A stretch of 59,405 nucleotides of DNA, counting the filler, from Stramenopiles sp. TOSAG23-3 (taxonomy: Eukaryota), in NCBI GenBank assembly GCA_900128585.1. It is 8 parts of 8 records of this genome, joined end to end, with 100 filler letters (N's around TTAATTAATTAA, not from the genome) between each part and the next. Parts side by side here need not be neighbours in the genome. Positions count along the whole stretch, not along the records: positions 14,937 to 22,302 come from LT643168.1; positions 22,403 to 29,764 come from LT643169.1; 6 more parts are not named here. The stretch is one strand, 5' to 3'. The first letter of the stretch is position 1. Every line of letters begins with the position of its first letter. Below, piece after piece: positions 17,670 to 27,864 of the stretch. A program made the translations under genes and the position numbers. Under the pieces are notes generated by a model, which worked only from the letters and a program-made list of their open reading frames with translations, made no database searches and had not been told where the DNA came from.

Positions 17670-20297
17670 TTACCGGCCCAAGACATTACTGCGCTGAATG
17701 TGTATTTTGTTTAACCCTTTCACCAAATTCGATCGATACTTTTCCCACGCGACCTTTTGGGCCAGTTGTTGTTGGGGCGCAAACAACATGGCACTGGTCG
17801 AGCGTCCTTTTTGCCTCAGCAGGTGTTTCCGCATTTTGGCCCGCGTGGAAAAATTCGTTCTTCGGTAGAGATCAATCCGGTGCAAAATTAACACTTCAAC
17901 TTGCGTGTCTGCCACGACGGAAGCCTGCGCAACGTTTCCGACCGCCTTGACTTCTCCCGTGCTAGCATCTTCCGCCCCCAGCACATTGTCCTCGCCGATC
18001 AGGTCTCCAGGCATAAGGTGGCAGAGATCGATTGGTTCTTTTCTCCTCCACGCTTTGTTCTTCTTTCCGGACTGAAGAAGGCTCTTGCGCCGGATAGACT
18101 GCGAGACCATGGCATGGTCCATCTGGATATTCTCAATGGCGTAAGCCTCGCTGCTGTCGGGATGGTGCGCGTCGTGCCGGTTCGAATTCCAGTTGTTTTT
18201 TGATTTCGATAATTTCAAATGCTCTTGCACACTCTCCGCTCTCCGAAACTCCCAAGTCGTGTCGTTGTCATGCGAGACAGAGTATTTGTTTTCTTGGCTC
18301 CGCCTCGACGCCGACATGGACGCGTTTGCCTGGGAACGGCGACGCTGTTCCCGCCGCCGTTTCACTTTCTCGGCGTACGGCGATGTGCTGCTCTCTATCC
18401 CCGCCCCATGCGACACCACGGCGTGGTGATTCCGGATCGGGAGGTGCTTGACAACGCGGCACTTCCCTTTTTTAATGATCCGAAGGTTGTGGTACTCTTC
18501 GCCTTCGGCAAGCAACACGGAATCGCAATTGTGCTGTTCGATTTCAACGATGCCAGCGAGCGATCTTAGGTCGTCGTCGCTCAGCGCTTTTAACATGTCC
18601 ACCTTCCTTAGGAAACGCCAGATTTCTTCGATCTGTTCGGCTTGGAGCTCCTTGATCTCCTTCTCAAAGCTGCCCCGGTCCAGCGACAGAAGCACGGTTT
18701 TGCCGTGAGACACACAGGTGGCCCTTCGTGGCGCATTGTTCGTAAGGGCCAACTCTCCAAACGAGGTGCCCGTGTGCAGTGTTGTGATGTATTGCAGCCG
18801 TTTTTCTTTGTCGGGCGTCATCCGCATGATGTGGTAACCCGACCCAGCCTCCTTAGCCCGCCAGCGCGTTTCCCACGTTACGACGTTACCACTTTCCTGG
18901 TCCACCTTTGCCGTCACTTCATCATCGGCCACCTTCCCTGCCGAGTGGAGGGATATTTTCCCGAGCATGATAGTGTAAAAGAGTTGGCCCTCTTCCCCCT
19001 CTTCGAACAGCACCTCCCCATCTTCGAGATTCACACAAGACATTTTACGGCACAGGCGCCGGTGACTGTCTTTGGACAAGTTCCGAAAGCATGCCACGTT
19101 GGAGGTGAGATCGACCAGGCGCTTGACGTCGGTCTCGTCCCGCGATTCCCCCGGCTTCTTCAAACTCGCCAGGGCATTTTGAAAATACTCCGACAAATGG
19201 GAGAGAGCGCCTTCCCGTTTTATTTGGTCGATCCCCAAAGAGAGTTTCTCATGTTCCGCATGCTCTTTCTGCAGATCGTACACCGGCCCTGTTGAATAGT
19301 ATTCCATTCCACCGCTCACCTTATGCTTCAAGCAGCCATGAATTTTCTCCAGCCCGTGTTCCTCTTTCAGCGCCTCTAGCTCCGCATAGTCATGGGATGC
19401 CTCCGCAAACTTACTATCAAAACGGTAGGACATCGCCCGTGTGTACAAAATGTTGGCGTGAAGGTTTGCGTTCTGCTCTATAAAATCACGGCGTTCTCTC
19501 AGCTCCCTATGACTGAAACGTTTCGTGTTGGGTACGCGCTTGAAACACTTCAGGGCGGCCGTCAACGCCGTTATAGACTCCCCGTGCCGATGAAGCTTTT
19601 GAAGCGCTAGCCCGAGGTTGTAGCTCGCAAACGGGCTTTCCGGGTTGATTTCGGCCGCGTGCTTGAAGTCTTGTGCCGCCCGTTCGACCCTTCCAACTCG
19701 GGAAAGGCAATAGCCCCGGTTCAAAAGGCACCGAACGTCATGTTCCTGGTACGCCAGCCCACTAGTGTAATGCTTTATAGCGTTCAGGTAATCACCACGA
19801 AGCCGGAGCTGGTAGGCACGCAAAAAGTGCCACTGGCCGTTCTTTATCCCGCCGCTTGCCCCACTCCCCACGACGGGGCGAACCTCGACGTCGTGCTGGT
19901 GAAAGGAAAGGTTCCCTTCCAAGTGTTTTGTTGTTTTCTCCTGGCTTGACGCTTCTTGTAGCGCAAATGTTGCCAGCTGAGTCGGTTTATCGGTCGAACG
20001 CGGCGCCATTTTCTTCGCCCGTTCAACAACTCGCCGTCGAAGGCGTGCACTTTTCACACGGCGGTTGTTGCGGTGCTGTCCTCGGCGCAACAAGGACGCG
20101 GTGGACGGCCGACGAGGCTGCCTGGTCGCCGACGCCCCACGTTTCGTCCATGAGAAAAATTTCTTTGTTGGATCCCTCGATAAAGGCGTGTGAAATAACT
20201 CGGGCGTGAACCTCCCACCCCATTTGCAGGATACATTCCTGACCGCCAGCGCCGCGGAGGAAGGCCGCGTTTTCAAGCTTTCGCTTGCGGTCGGCAT
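17670..20297 (-). CDS. TPR-repeat protein with tandem cyclic-nucleotide-binding domains
   Basis: TPRs (AIKHYTSGL...LNRGYCL...ASYNLGLAL) followed by cNMP motifs LFEEGEEG..FY.I..G and FGELALTNNAPRRATC; the second domain is degenerate (LIGED...ASVVA). Confidence 0.85.
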   Translation of the reverse strand: MPTASESLKTRPSSAALAVRNVSCKWGGRFTPELFHTPLSRDPTKKFFSWTKRGASATRQPRRPSTASLLRRGQHRNNRRVKSARLRRRVVERAKKMAPRSTDKPTQLATFALQEASSQEKTTKHLEGNLSFHQHDVEVRPVVGSGASGGIKNGQWHFLRAYQLRLRGDYLNAIKHYTSGLAYQEHDVRCLLNRGYCLSRVGRVERAAQDFKHAAEINPESPFASYNLGLALQKLHRHGESITALTAALKCFKRVPNTKRFSHRELRERRDFIEQNANLHANILYTRAMSYRFDSKFAEASHDYAELEALKEEHGLEKIHGCLKHKVSGGMEYYSTGPVYDLQKEHAEHEKLSLGIDQIKREGALSHLSEYFQNALASLKKPGESRDETDVKRLVDLTSNVACFRNLSKDSHRRLCRKMSCVNLEDGEVLFEEGEEGQLFYTIMLGKISLHSAGKVADDEVTAKVDQESGNVVTWETRWRAKEAGSGYHIMRMTPDKEKRLQYITTLHTGTSFGELALTNNAPRRATCVSHGKTVLLSLDRGSFEKEIKELQAEQIEEIWRFLRKVDMLKALSDDDLRSLAGIVEIEQHNCDSVLLAEGEEYHNLRIIKKGKCRVVKHLPIRNHHAVVSHGAGIESSTSPYAEKVKRRREQRRRSQANASMSASRRSQENKYSVSHDNDTTWEFRRAESVQEHLKLSKSKNNWNSNRHDAHHPDSSEAYAIENIQMDHAMVSQSIRRKSLLQSGKKNKAWRRKEPIDLCHLMPGDLIGEDNVLGAEDASTGEVKAVGNVAQASVVADTQVEVLILHRIDLYRRTNFSTRAKMRKHLLRQKGRSTSAMLFAPQQQLAQKVAWEKYRSNLVKGLNKIHIQRSNVLGR

Positions 20298-20859
20298 GGT
20301 TCCTAACTTTTCCTACTACTATATTACAAATACAAATACTTTCCTACAGAATACTAGCGCTCATTCTAAATTGAAACGTTACAAACACAATTACTCGCCA
20401 GTCCAGTTCTTCCTTTGTTTTAAAATCTTTTCGTTTTCCTTTTCAATCAAACGTTTTGTATACACATACATATCGTCTCTATCTTTTCGTTTTCAGGTTT
20501 CTTATTGTATCTGTTTCGTTTGTTTGTTGTTCTCATTTCTCCATTTTTTCTTCTTCTCATCCCCCGCCCTACTTTTTTAACTATCAATATGATGTAGTAT
20601 AAGAAATTGGAGTTCCTATTAATAATTAATACTATTTATATACATACACACAGCATAAAGAAACCGTTATCTCAGTTATTTTATTAAAATCAGAAGAAAT
20701 AAAATAATAAAATAGAATAGTATTAATACAACCATAGCGTTACGGAATCTATACGCTATTGCTATATATAATTAATAAACAATTCAATTTGTTTTCATTG
20801 ATTTTTTAGTAGTTAGTTAGTAATTTAAATTGCAAGAGTTCAAAAGTGATCTTCTTCTT

Positions 20860-21918
20860 CTATAGTTTGCTTCGGTGCAATTGTTGAGGAGATGAATTGT
20901 TTCCATAGAAAAAGTTTGCGGAAGCTTCGCTTTCTTTTGTTTCGATCGGGCGTTTTTCTTGGAACATGAATGCAGCCGCTATCCTTCGCCCTTTTCTGAC
21001 GGATGAGACACCGTGGAGTACGTCCCCACCGTTGAAGAGGTACAGCATTCCTCTTGTCGGCTCACGGAAAACGGATGGTACGCAGCTTCCAATCGGCTGC
21101 CCAGGTTGGAACGGGTCGTACCGTTTCAAAATATTCTCGACTGCACCCACCCCACTCCGATGCACAGTCGGGAACACTACGCGCTCTCCACCTTCTAGGC
21201 AATCTTGAATCCCTATGACACCAGTCACGCCTTTTGGCTGGGCGCTCTTTGAACCTTTTGAGCGGGAGGAATCGATGGAGTCGAAATGGAACCCAAGCGC
21301 AGTTTGCGATTCCTTTCTAGGCTGCATAATGTTTACCGCAATCCCCAAGTCGGACAAATAAGGGTACAAATTATCGCAGCCCATGACATGCGCGAGAAAG
21401 GAGCGGAGATGGGGAGAGTGGTAAATCCATTGAACAACATCGTCCTCTTGCATGTGGCGGCTTGCAACCGCTGTCATGTTCACTTCTGTCAAAAGATCTT
21501 TTCGGCGGTCCCCCTTTTTGAAAGCCAACACCTCCCCCGGGGGGTACGCCGGGCGGCACGATCCATACCGATGGTTCCCATCGGGTTCTTTTCTGCCAGC
21601 ATATTTAGAGAGCCCCGGTAGGCACGTTAAGTTCAGAAATGGAACGTCAACTTCTCCGTCTGTTTCGTACTTTTCTTTCCATTTTTTCATACTGTCCTTA
21701 GAGTCTAGCGCCTGGTAAAAATCAGAGCGAATGTAAGGCGCCATGCGCTCTCTATAAAAATGCAAATACGCCGCCCAGCCTGGAGACGCTCGATCAAACG
21801 CATCCACCACCTTCTCCCGCTCTAACCAAGTCTTTAGATCCAGAAATGACCGCCACCCAGAAGCAGGTGTCTCATCAAATTCCCGCACAATGATCCTTAC
21901 CTTTCCTTCGTCAGACAT
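20860..21918 (-). CDS. 2-oxoglutarate/Fe(II)-dependent oxygenase with peroxisomal PTS1
   Basis: LGFHFD (HxD), a distal His in VLHGVSSVRKGRR with the 2OG-binding Arg, and a C-terminal -SKL. Confidence 0.75.
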   Translation of the reverse strand: MSDEGKVRIIVREFDETPASGWRSFLDLKTWLEREKVVDAFDRASPGWAAYLHFYRERMAPYIRSDFYQALDSKDSMKKWKEKYETDGEVDVPFLNLTCLPGLSKYAGRKEPDGNHRYGSCRPAYPPGEVLAFKKGDRRKDLLTEVNMTAVASRHMQEDDVVQWIYHSPHLRSFLAHVMGCDNLYPYLSDLGIAVNIMQPRKESQTALGFHFDSIDSSRSKGSKSAQPKGVTGVIGIQDCLEGGERVVFPTVHRSGVGAVENILKRYDPFQPGQPIGSCVPSVFREPTRGMLYLFNGGDVLHGVSSVRKGRRIAAAFMFQEKRPIETKESEASANFFYGNNSSPQQLHRSKL

Positions 21919-22529
21919 TCTTCTCCTCCTCTATGCGTGTCGTAATTCTGTAGTAGAAACCGAAGCAACGCACGCCAATCGAACGAACTCAAAGCAACCC
22001 AAAGGAATCCGAAGCAAAGCAAAGGGGGGAAAGAATTTAAGAAAAAAAAAAGGATTCATAAAATCCACCAACAAGTTCAATGTAAAGAAAGAACCAACAA
22101 GGTACTTAGTCTCTTCTTCTCGAATTCGGAAGTGTATTAGTAGTACCATGTGCGCGTTGTACTTCAACTACTTTTTCTTTCTTCTTTCTTTCTTCATTCA
22201 CATTCTTCTTCTCTCTCTCATGAGATGTGTTTTCGGATTTTTTGTACTACCGCCGCTGCTATTCTCTGTTTTATACTACGATGGTATTATAGTATTATAT
22301 ATNNNNNNNNNNNNNNNNNNNNNNNNNNNNNNNNNNNNNNNNNNNNTTAATTAATTAANNNNNNNNNNNNNNNNNNNNNNNNNNNNNNNNNNNNNNNNNN
22401 NNTTCCTCTAAATTTAACTAAACTAATGTAAAAGAAAAACAAGCTGTCTAAGTCATTGCCGTGTTTTATTTTATTTACACTTTCTGTGCGTCAACAGCAG
22501 AAAATATTGTCTTGCCGTGCCCGAACAAG

Positions 22530-24125
22530 ATGCTTCTGCGACAAATGGTGCTTCGCGCCGCCAGGGGAAGAGGGAGGCCCGCCTCGCAGCTGTGGAGGGC
22601 GTCTTCCTCTAGTGCGCCCGTCCGATTTGACAGCGACATGCAGCGTTGGACGGACGATTTTCTGGCGGCCGTGAAGGATGTTCCGGCCGCTACCGACCCC
22701 GCCCAGAGTGCCGCCGTCCTGCGCAGTTTGGTCAAGTCCGAACTCTTGAAGTTCACCGATATGCGGGACCAGCCCGAGAAGTTTTTCATGGCCCACAGGC
22801 ACTTGGCCACGGTCGGTCTCGGCGGCTTTGGCATACGCTTTACCGTGCAGTTCAACCTGTTCGCCGGGAGCATCGTCGGCTTGGCCAGCGAGGAACAGAT
22901 CACCATGCTCGACGACATCCAGAAAGCGGGGAAGCTCGGGTGTTTCCTTCTCACCGAAATGCAGGCCGGGGTCTTGAGCGGCCTGATCGTCGAAACCACG
23001 TGCACGTGGGATCCGGACACCCAAGAGTTTGTCTTGCACACGCCCAGCGACAAAGCGGCAAAGAACTGGATATCGCAGGGTTTTGTGGCAGAATGTGGGG
23101 TGGTCATTGCGGACTTGCAGATCGACGGGAAGAGCTATGGCCCTCACCCCTTCTACCTCGACCTTCGTGAGGAGGACATGAGCCTGAAGACCGGAATCAG
23201 GATCGAGGACATGGGAGTGAAGACGATCGCGAACGACCTCGACAACGCGCGCGTATGGTTCGACCAAGTGCGGCTGCCGAAGAGTAGCATGCTGAACAAG
23301 TTTGCGGACATCAAAGACGATCAGTACGTCCAAGTCGGAGACGAGCGAATGCGGATCGAGGTGATCGGCCAGCGGTTGCTGACGGGACGCATCGCCATCG
23401 CCGAGGCAGCCCTCTACAGCGCGCGCGTCCTCCATATGAAGACGGAAGCGTACGCCAAGGAGAAGAAGTGCAACGGGCTGGCCGGCGAGACCAACCTGCT
23501 GAGCATGCCGCAGATGAAGAACGTGCTTCGCGAGTCGTACGAAGAGCTGGACAGGATGATGGCCTTTACAGCAGGGGTGGAGAACGAGCTCAACGAGTGC
23601 CTCAAAAATGGGACGATCCCAGACGCAGAGCTGGTGGAGAAGATCGCCGTCTGCAAAATCAAATGCATTGAAGTCGCCGTAGAGAGGGTCCACCAGCTGC
23701 GCCTGGAAGTCGGGAGCTACGCGCTGATGCACGACACCGGCTTTGAGCTTGTGGATATGCTGCTGTGCTGCAAGTTTGCAGAAGGCGACAGCCGCATCCT
23801 TCAGCAGAAGCTTGCTCGTGATCGACTGAGGAAGCTGCAACGCAGTGGCGTCTCCGGGGAGATCGGGGACATGTTTGTCGGCAGAGCCTTTTCCGAGTCC
23901 GTAAATGCGTTGAAACTGGCGCAGAAACTGGCCCCGGCTGGGCGCGACATGAAGAAGCTTGGGGGGCTTATGGACGAGCATTGGAGTGACATTTACGAAT
24001 TGGCGGACCAGATATGCGAGCGTCACATAAACGATTCGCCAGGTGGTGATTTTCTAGAGCCCTGCGTCGCTCGGTTGAGTGGTGCGAACTTTGACTTTGA
24101 TAGCGAATGGAAAGATAAAATATAA
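22530..24125 (+). CDS. Acyl-CoA oxidase/dehydrogenase-family flavoprotein with a predicted mitochondrial presequence
   Basis: VQFNLFAGSI, GCFLLTE, EFVLHTP..AAKNWI, DNARVWFDQVRLP and FAEGD motifs. The N-terminus is Arg-rich and free of acidic residues (MLLRQMVLRAARGRGRP). Confidence 0.85.
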   Translation: MLLRQMVLRAARGRGRPASQLWRASSSSAPVRFDSDMQRWTDDFLAAVKDVPAATDPAQSAAVLRSLVKSELLKFTDMRDQPEKFFMAHRHLATVGLGGFGIRFTVQFNLFAGSIVGLASEEQITMLDDIQKAGKLGCFLLTEMQAGVLSGLIVETTCTWDPDTQEFVLHTPSDKAAKNWISQGFVAECGVVIADLQIDGKSYGPHPFYLDLREEDMSLKTGIRIEDMGVKTIANDLDNARVWFDQVRLPKSSMLNKFADIKDDQYVQVGDERMRIEVIGQRLLTGRIAIAEAALYSARVLHMKTEAYAKEKKCNGLAGETNLLSMPQMKNVLRESYEELDRMMAFTAGVENELNECLKNGTIPDAELVEKIAVCKIKCIEVAVERVHQLRLEVGSYALMHDTGFELVDMLLCCKFAEGDSRILQQKLARDRLRKLQRSGVSGEIGDMFVGRAFSESVNALKLAQKLAPAGRDMKKLGGLMDEHWSDIYELADQICERHINDSPGGDFLEPCVARLSGANFDFDSEWKDKI

Positions 24126-24524
24126 ATGTTTGGGGACTGGACAGGACGGGGGCGCGCGGTTCTTAGTGGTGGTGCTGAACATTTAAAATTTTGAAAAATA
24201 AAAAAAGCAAAACTTTCCGCCCCAACACAAAATATTTGCCTGCGTACCTTTTGTTCTTTACCCTTTGTATTTTTAATTTGCAGGAGTATTATGTAGACCA
24301 AAACATTTAAAGTCTTTTTAAAATAAAATCATATTTTATATTAAATAAAGAGAGGTACTTTTAATATTATATATTTAAATAATCTCTCTGCGCTGATCTT
24401 TAAAATAAAACAGGCGAGGTGCACGTTCGATTAACGAATGGCAGCGGAGCGAGGACTTATCGTACCGGGATGTACCGTCTTTGCCAACGATGCATGAATA
24501 ATTTAATTTCTGGGATTGGTGAGC

Positions 24525-24983
24525 CTAGGTCCAAATGGGGCGGTATAACATGTTACATTCCAACTCACCGACACAGGCGAGGCCTTCGAAACAGATGTAT
24601 TCGGGATGAGCAAAATCGCTCGAGTTCATGCAAAGTAGCTTGCAACACGCCTCAAAAGTATAAACATCTACAAGCATGTCGATTATGCTTTGGCAACTGA
24701 AGAAGCCTGTGTCGCTGACAAATTTCATCACTGCTCCCACTTCACTTATTAAAGCAATAGAATCGCCTACATAGCCGTATTTTGCGAGATCTGTACTTGT
24801 AGCATCGCGATACAATCCGTACGGACCAGGATCGTGCATACTAACACTGCCAACATCAACGGCTTTGATCGTTGTTGGATTTCCCATCAACGAGTAATCA
24901 GGTTTGCCATCTTCGTATTCAACGTAAACTGACATTGATAATCGCTCGAACAGCGGCGTAATTCCTTTTTTCGGGGGGCTCAT
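24525..24983 (-). CDS. Hypothetical protein (possibly truncated by a premature TAG)
   Basis: 152-aa ORF; the frame stays open for about 40 codons past the TAG. Confidence 0.4.
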   Translation of the reverse strand: MSPPKKGITPLFERLSMSVYVEYEDGKPDYSLMGNPTTIKAVDVGSVSMHDPGPYGLYRDATSTDLAKYGYVGDSIALISEVGAVMKFVSDTGFFSCQSIIDMLVDVYTFEACCKLLCMNSSDFAHPEYICFEGLACVGELECNMLYRPIWT

Positions 24984-25524
24984 AATTTTACAGATGTTTT
25001 CAGTTTCTTAACTTTAGTGTATATATCATGTAAATCTTTTATTATTTCTTTCGTCGATTATATAGCTTTTATAAAAAAGCATTTATTTTGTTTTAAACGA
25101 TGATTTGAAAGAAATCAACCGCCACACAAAAGTACAATTATTGAAAGTGAAACACTTGCACAACAAGAGACAGACGACAGAAGAAGAAGAAGGAAGAAGA
25201 ATTTTTTTTTATTAATAATTATGATGCTGTGATTATGTTAATTTATAATTAAAATATTCTAACTTCATATATCATAATAATAAAGAACTACTTCTTCATC
25301 AGCGAAAGAAGAAAGAAGAAAGAAGAAAGAAGAAAGAAGAAAGAAGAGAAAAGAAGAAGAGAAAAGAAGAAAGAGAAAAGAAGAAAGAGAAAAGAAGAAA
25401 GAAGAGGAAGAAAACAAAAAGAAGAAAGAAGAAGAAAGAGGAAGAAAAAAGAAGCGGGGAACTAAAAAAAGAAAAATATCAAGATAGCATTGTTCAACAT
25501 GAACACACCATACGATATTATAAC

Positions 25525-25700
25525 AATTCGCAACAGCGAACTTTTAATATACACGACACAGCATATATTTTGATTTTTTGTTTTCTATGCTATTTTGATT
25601 CTATTAATACAAATTCGCATCAGCGAACTTTTAATACACCACACAGCATATCTTTTGATTTGTTTCATTTTTTGTTTTCTATGCTATTTTGATACTATTA
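25525..25700 (+). repeat. Tandem duplication of about 87 bp, containing a TTCGC-N4-GCGAA palindrome and ACACAGCAT
   Basis: Units start at 25525 and 25612 (AATTCGCAWCAGCGAACTTTTAATA...ACACAGCATAT...TTTTCTATGCTATTTTGAT). Confidence 0.85.
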
Positions 25701-25963
25701 TATATATTATTATTTTTTATTATAATGAAAACATGAATAATAGATGCAATATTCGTTGTGGTGTGTGGTGTGGTGGGTTATATCAATTTGTATATTATTA
25801 TATTGTAGAGATTCAAACAACAGTATATAGAAACTTTATTATAAAATTATGTGCATATATATAAATAAAAAAACGTTGAAAAATATTTAAAATGAAAGAG
25901 ATTTTAACCAAGTTTAGTTGGAATAAGTGACAATTGCTTTTATAGCTTTTTTTTTTGAAGAAA

Positions 25964-27256
25964 ATGGAAAAACTTTTGAACGACAGTAGTCCCGACGACA
26001 GTTTGCTGGGTCCCGCCGCCGTTCCCCTTGGCACGGAGGGCTCGGCGGGGATACGCCTCGACGAAAATGAAAAGATTATGTTGGAAAATATTATGTTTGC
26101 GACTATAAAATCAGGTGAAAACGCCCAGAGTGTAGTTGGACGGCGGTCGTTTGGTACGCAGACAGATCAAAACATGGTAAATAGAGGCACACAGACGACC
26201 ATCCATAACGACGACACGTTTCAAATCAGCGAGAGCCTTCGGCGCGCTTTGTATTACAAAGTAGAACCATACAGGAACGGCCGGCACCCCTTCGCGTCAT
26301 GCCCCGGTGGCCTAGAATGCACGTTGTCCCACACGAACGATCGCCGAACCGTCCTAGAGAACATGAAATGCTTCCTTTCAAAACTGGAGCGCTACGTATC
26401 GGAGAATGAAAACGGCTACGGCAGGGAGGACGAGGCAACGTCGACGCCAAGAACGTGCAGGAAGCCAAAAAAGGCGCAAAACGAACACTTTGAAGCTGCC
26501 GATCGGGCTTTAAAATACACCCAAATGGAAGCATGCGGTGGAAAAGAAAATGTACCAGTGAGCGCCAACCCGTGGAACGATCACGAACGAGGAACTGTGC
26601 AAAACGTGAAAAGAAAACTATCGTTTGCAATCAATATTGACGAGAATATGCCCACCAAATCCAAATCCGCGCGCAAACCCGGGGCAACGACCGTGCAACA
26701 ATTTTCAAGCAATGAAGGCTTCGATAAAGGTAGCACGAGTAAATCCGAACCACACACGAATGCATCTCAGATGGCGTCTTTGAAGGACAGTCCATTCAAC
26801 GAGCCCATGTACGACAGGATAACGAAGATATGGTTTGACATGCCCCCCCCGCTGGATGGGTTGAACTCGTCAAGTCCGAAGTATAATGTAATGTCGCCTT
26901 TCTTGCCTACGATTTGGACTAAAACGCATTTAGAAGAGCTGGGTTGTATCCTTGCACCTTCCTACGCGAAAGATGTGAAAACGTATTCAAATGCCCAAGA
27001 GTCTTTGTCTTACTCTGCCTGCGTTAAAAGGGAAAAGCATTACTCCCTTCGACCGTTTCTCGGCGGCCAAACTGAATACACCATGGAAACAAGTTCAGCA
27101 CTGGATCGGGTGAACAATTGCAACGTGGACGAGATCCGATCGTTTTGGAGATTACTATCGGATCTTCCTTTTCCCGTTGGAACTGCAGACGGATGCACTT
27201 CGATGGGTGCGTACTTCTTTCCACGATTAATTGTGGCAATGGGTGAATTTCAGTAA
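25964..27256 (+). CDS. Hypothetical protein
   Basis: 430-aa ORF; no family recognised. Confidence 0.65.
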   Translation: MEKLLNDSSPDDSLLGPAAVPLGTEGSAGIRLDENEKIMLENIMFATIKSGENAQSVVGRRSFGTQTDQNMVNRGTQTTIHNDDTFQISESLRRALYYKVEPYRNGRHPFASCPGGLECTLSHTNDRRTVLENMKCFLSKLERYVSENENGYGREDEATSTPRTCRKPKKAQNEHFEAADRALKYTQMEACGGKENVPVSANPWNDHERGTVQNVKRKLSFAINIDENMPTKSKSARKPGATTVQQFSSNEGFDKGSTSKSEPHTNASQMASLKDSPFNEPMYDRITKIWFDMPPPLDGLNSSSPKYNVMSPFLPTIWTKTHLEELGCILAPSYAKDVKTYSNAQESLSYSACVKREKHYSLRPFLGGQTEYTMETSSALDRVNNCNVDEIRSFWRLLSDLPFPVGTADGCTSMGAYFFPRLIVAMGEFQ

Positions 27257-27864
27257 ATCCGATCTGCACCACGCGCAGCAGCAGTGCCGATAAGATTTCA
27301 ACCCAGACGACCACGCCGAAGTAAAGGCGGTTAAATCATAAATAGTTTTCCGGGGCGGGTTTTGGTCTTATACGCCCAAACTCTACAAACACGACCTTTT
27401 AAGATTTTCGCGGGGTACTCCATTTTTAAAATCTCTAGAGAGACAAAACTCGAAAATAATATGATACCTCAAAAACCTTATTATATAATAACGAAAATTG
27501 TTTGTTAACTCATTAGCAAAACTTTAACGAGATCAAACCAAATAAAAATATAATATATTTTAACTATTAAAGATCTAAAATAAACAATAATCCACCCCCC
27601 CCTTCTCCCTTTTTGCTCCTGAGTAGTCGTAACAATTTTTTAAATTAACAGGCCAATTTTCTTGTTTTTAAAATACTAAAAAACATTTTCAAAGAAACGG
27701 GCGCGGCTCCCACAGGAAAGCACACCGACAACTAATATACCCTTCAAAAAATGGTCCCCGCCCCGACATTTCTCACAACGACAATGCGCGAAAACCATTC
27801 ATTCAATGACAAATATCGAGAACGAAAGGAGCAGCATGTTTGCTCCCTACTGTGAAGGGCAAGG

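Noticed and set aside
20860-21918. BesD-type radical halogenase
   Set aside because: The facial triad retains Asp (HFD), whereas such halogenases have HxG or HxA.
22491-24026. Long antisense or overlapping ORFs (also 6261..7424, 48379..49944, 49745..50749)
   Set aside because: These are shadows of GC-rich genuine genes on the opposite strand and show no recognisable motifs.
24390-24527. Stop-codon reassignment suggested by open frames after some stops
   Set aside because: Conserved genes end at expected positions with TAA or TAG (OTUB1, V-ATPase G, TRIP13, CTNNBL1), others end at TGA, and long ORFs lack internal stops, so the standard code fits.
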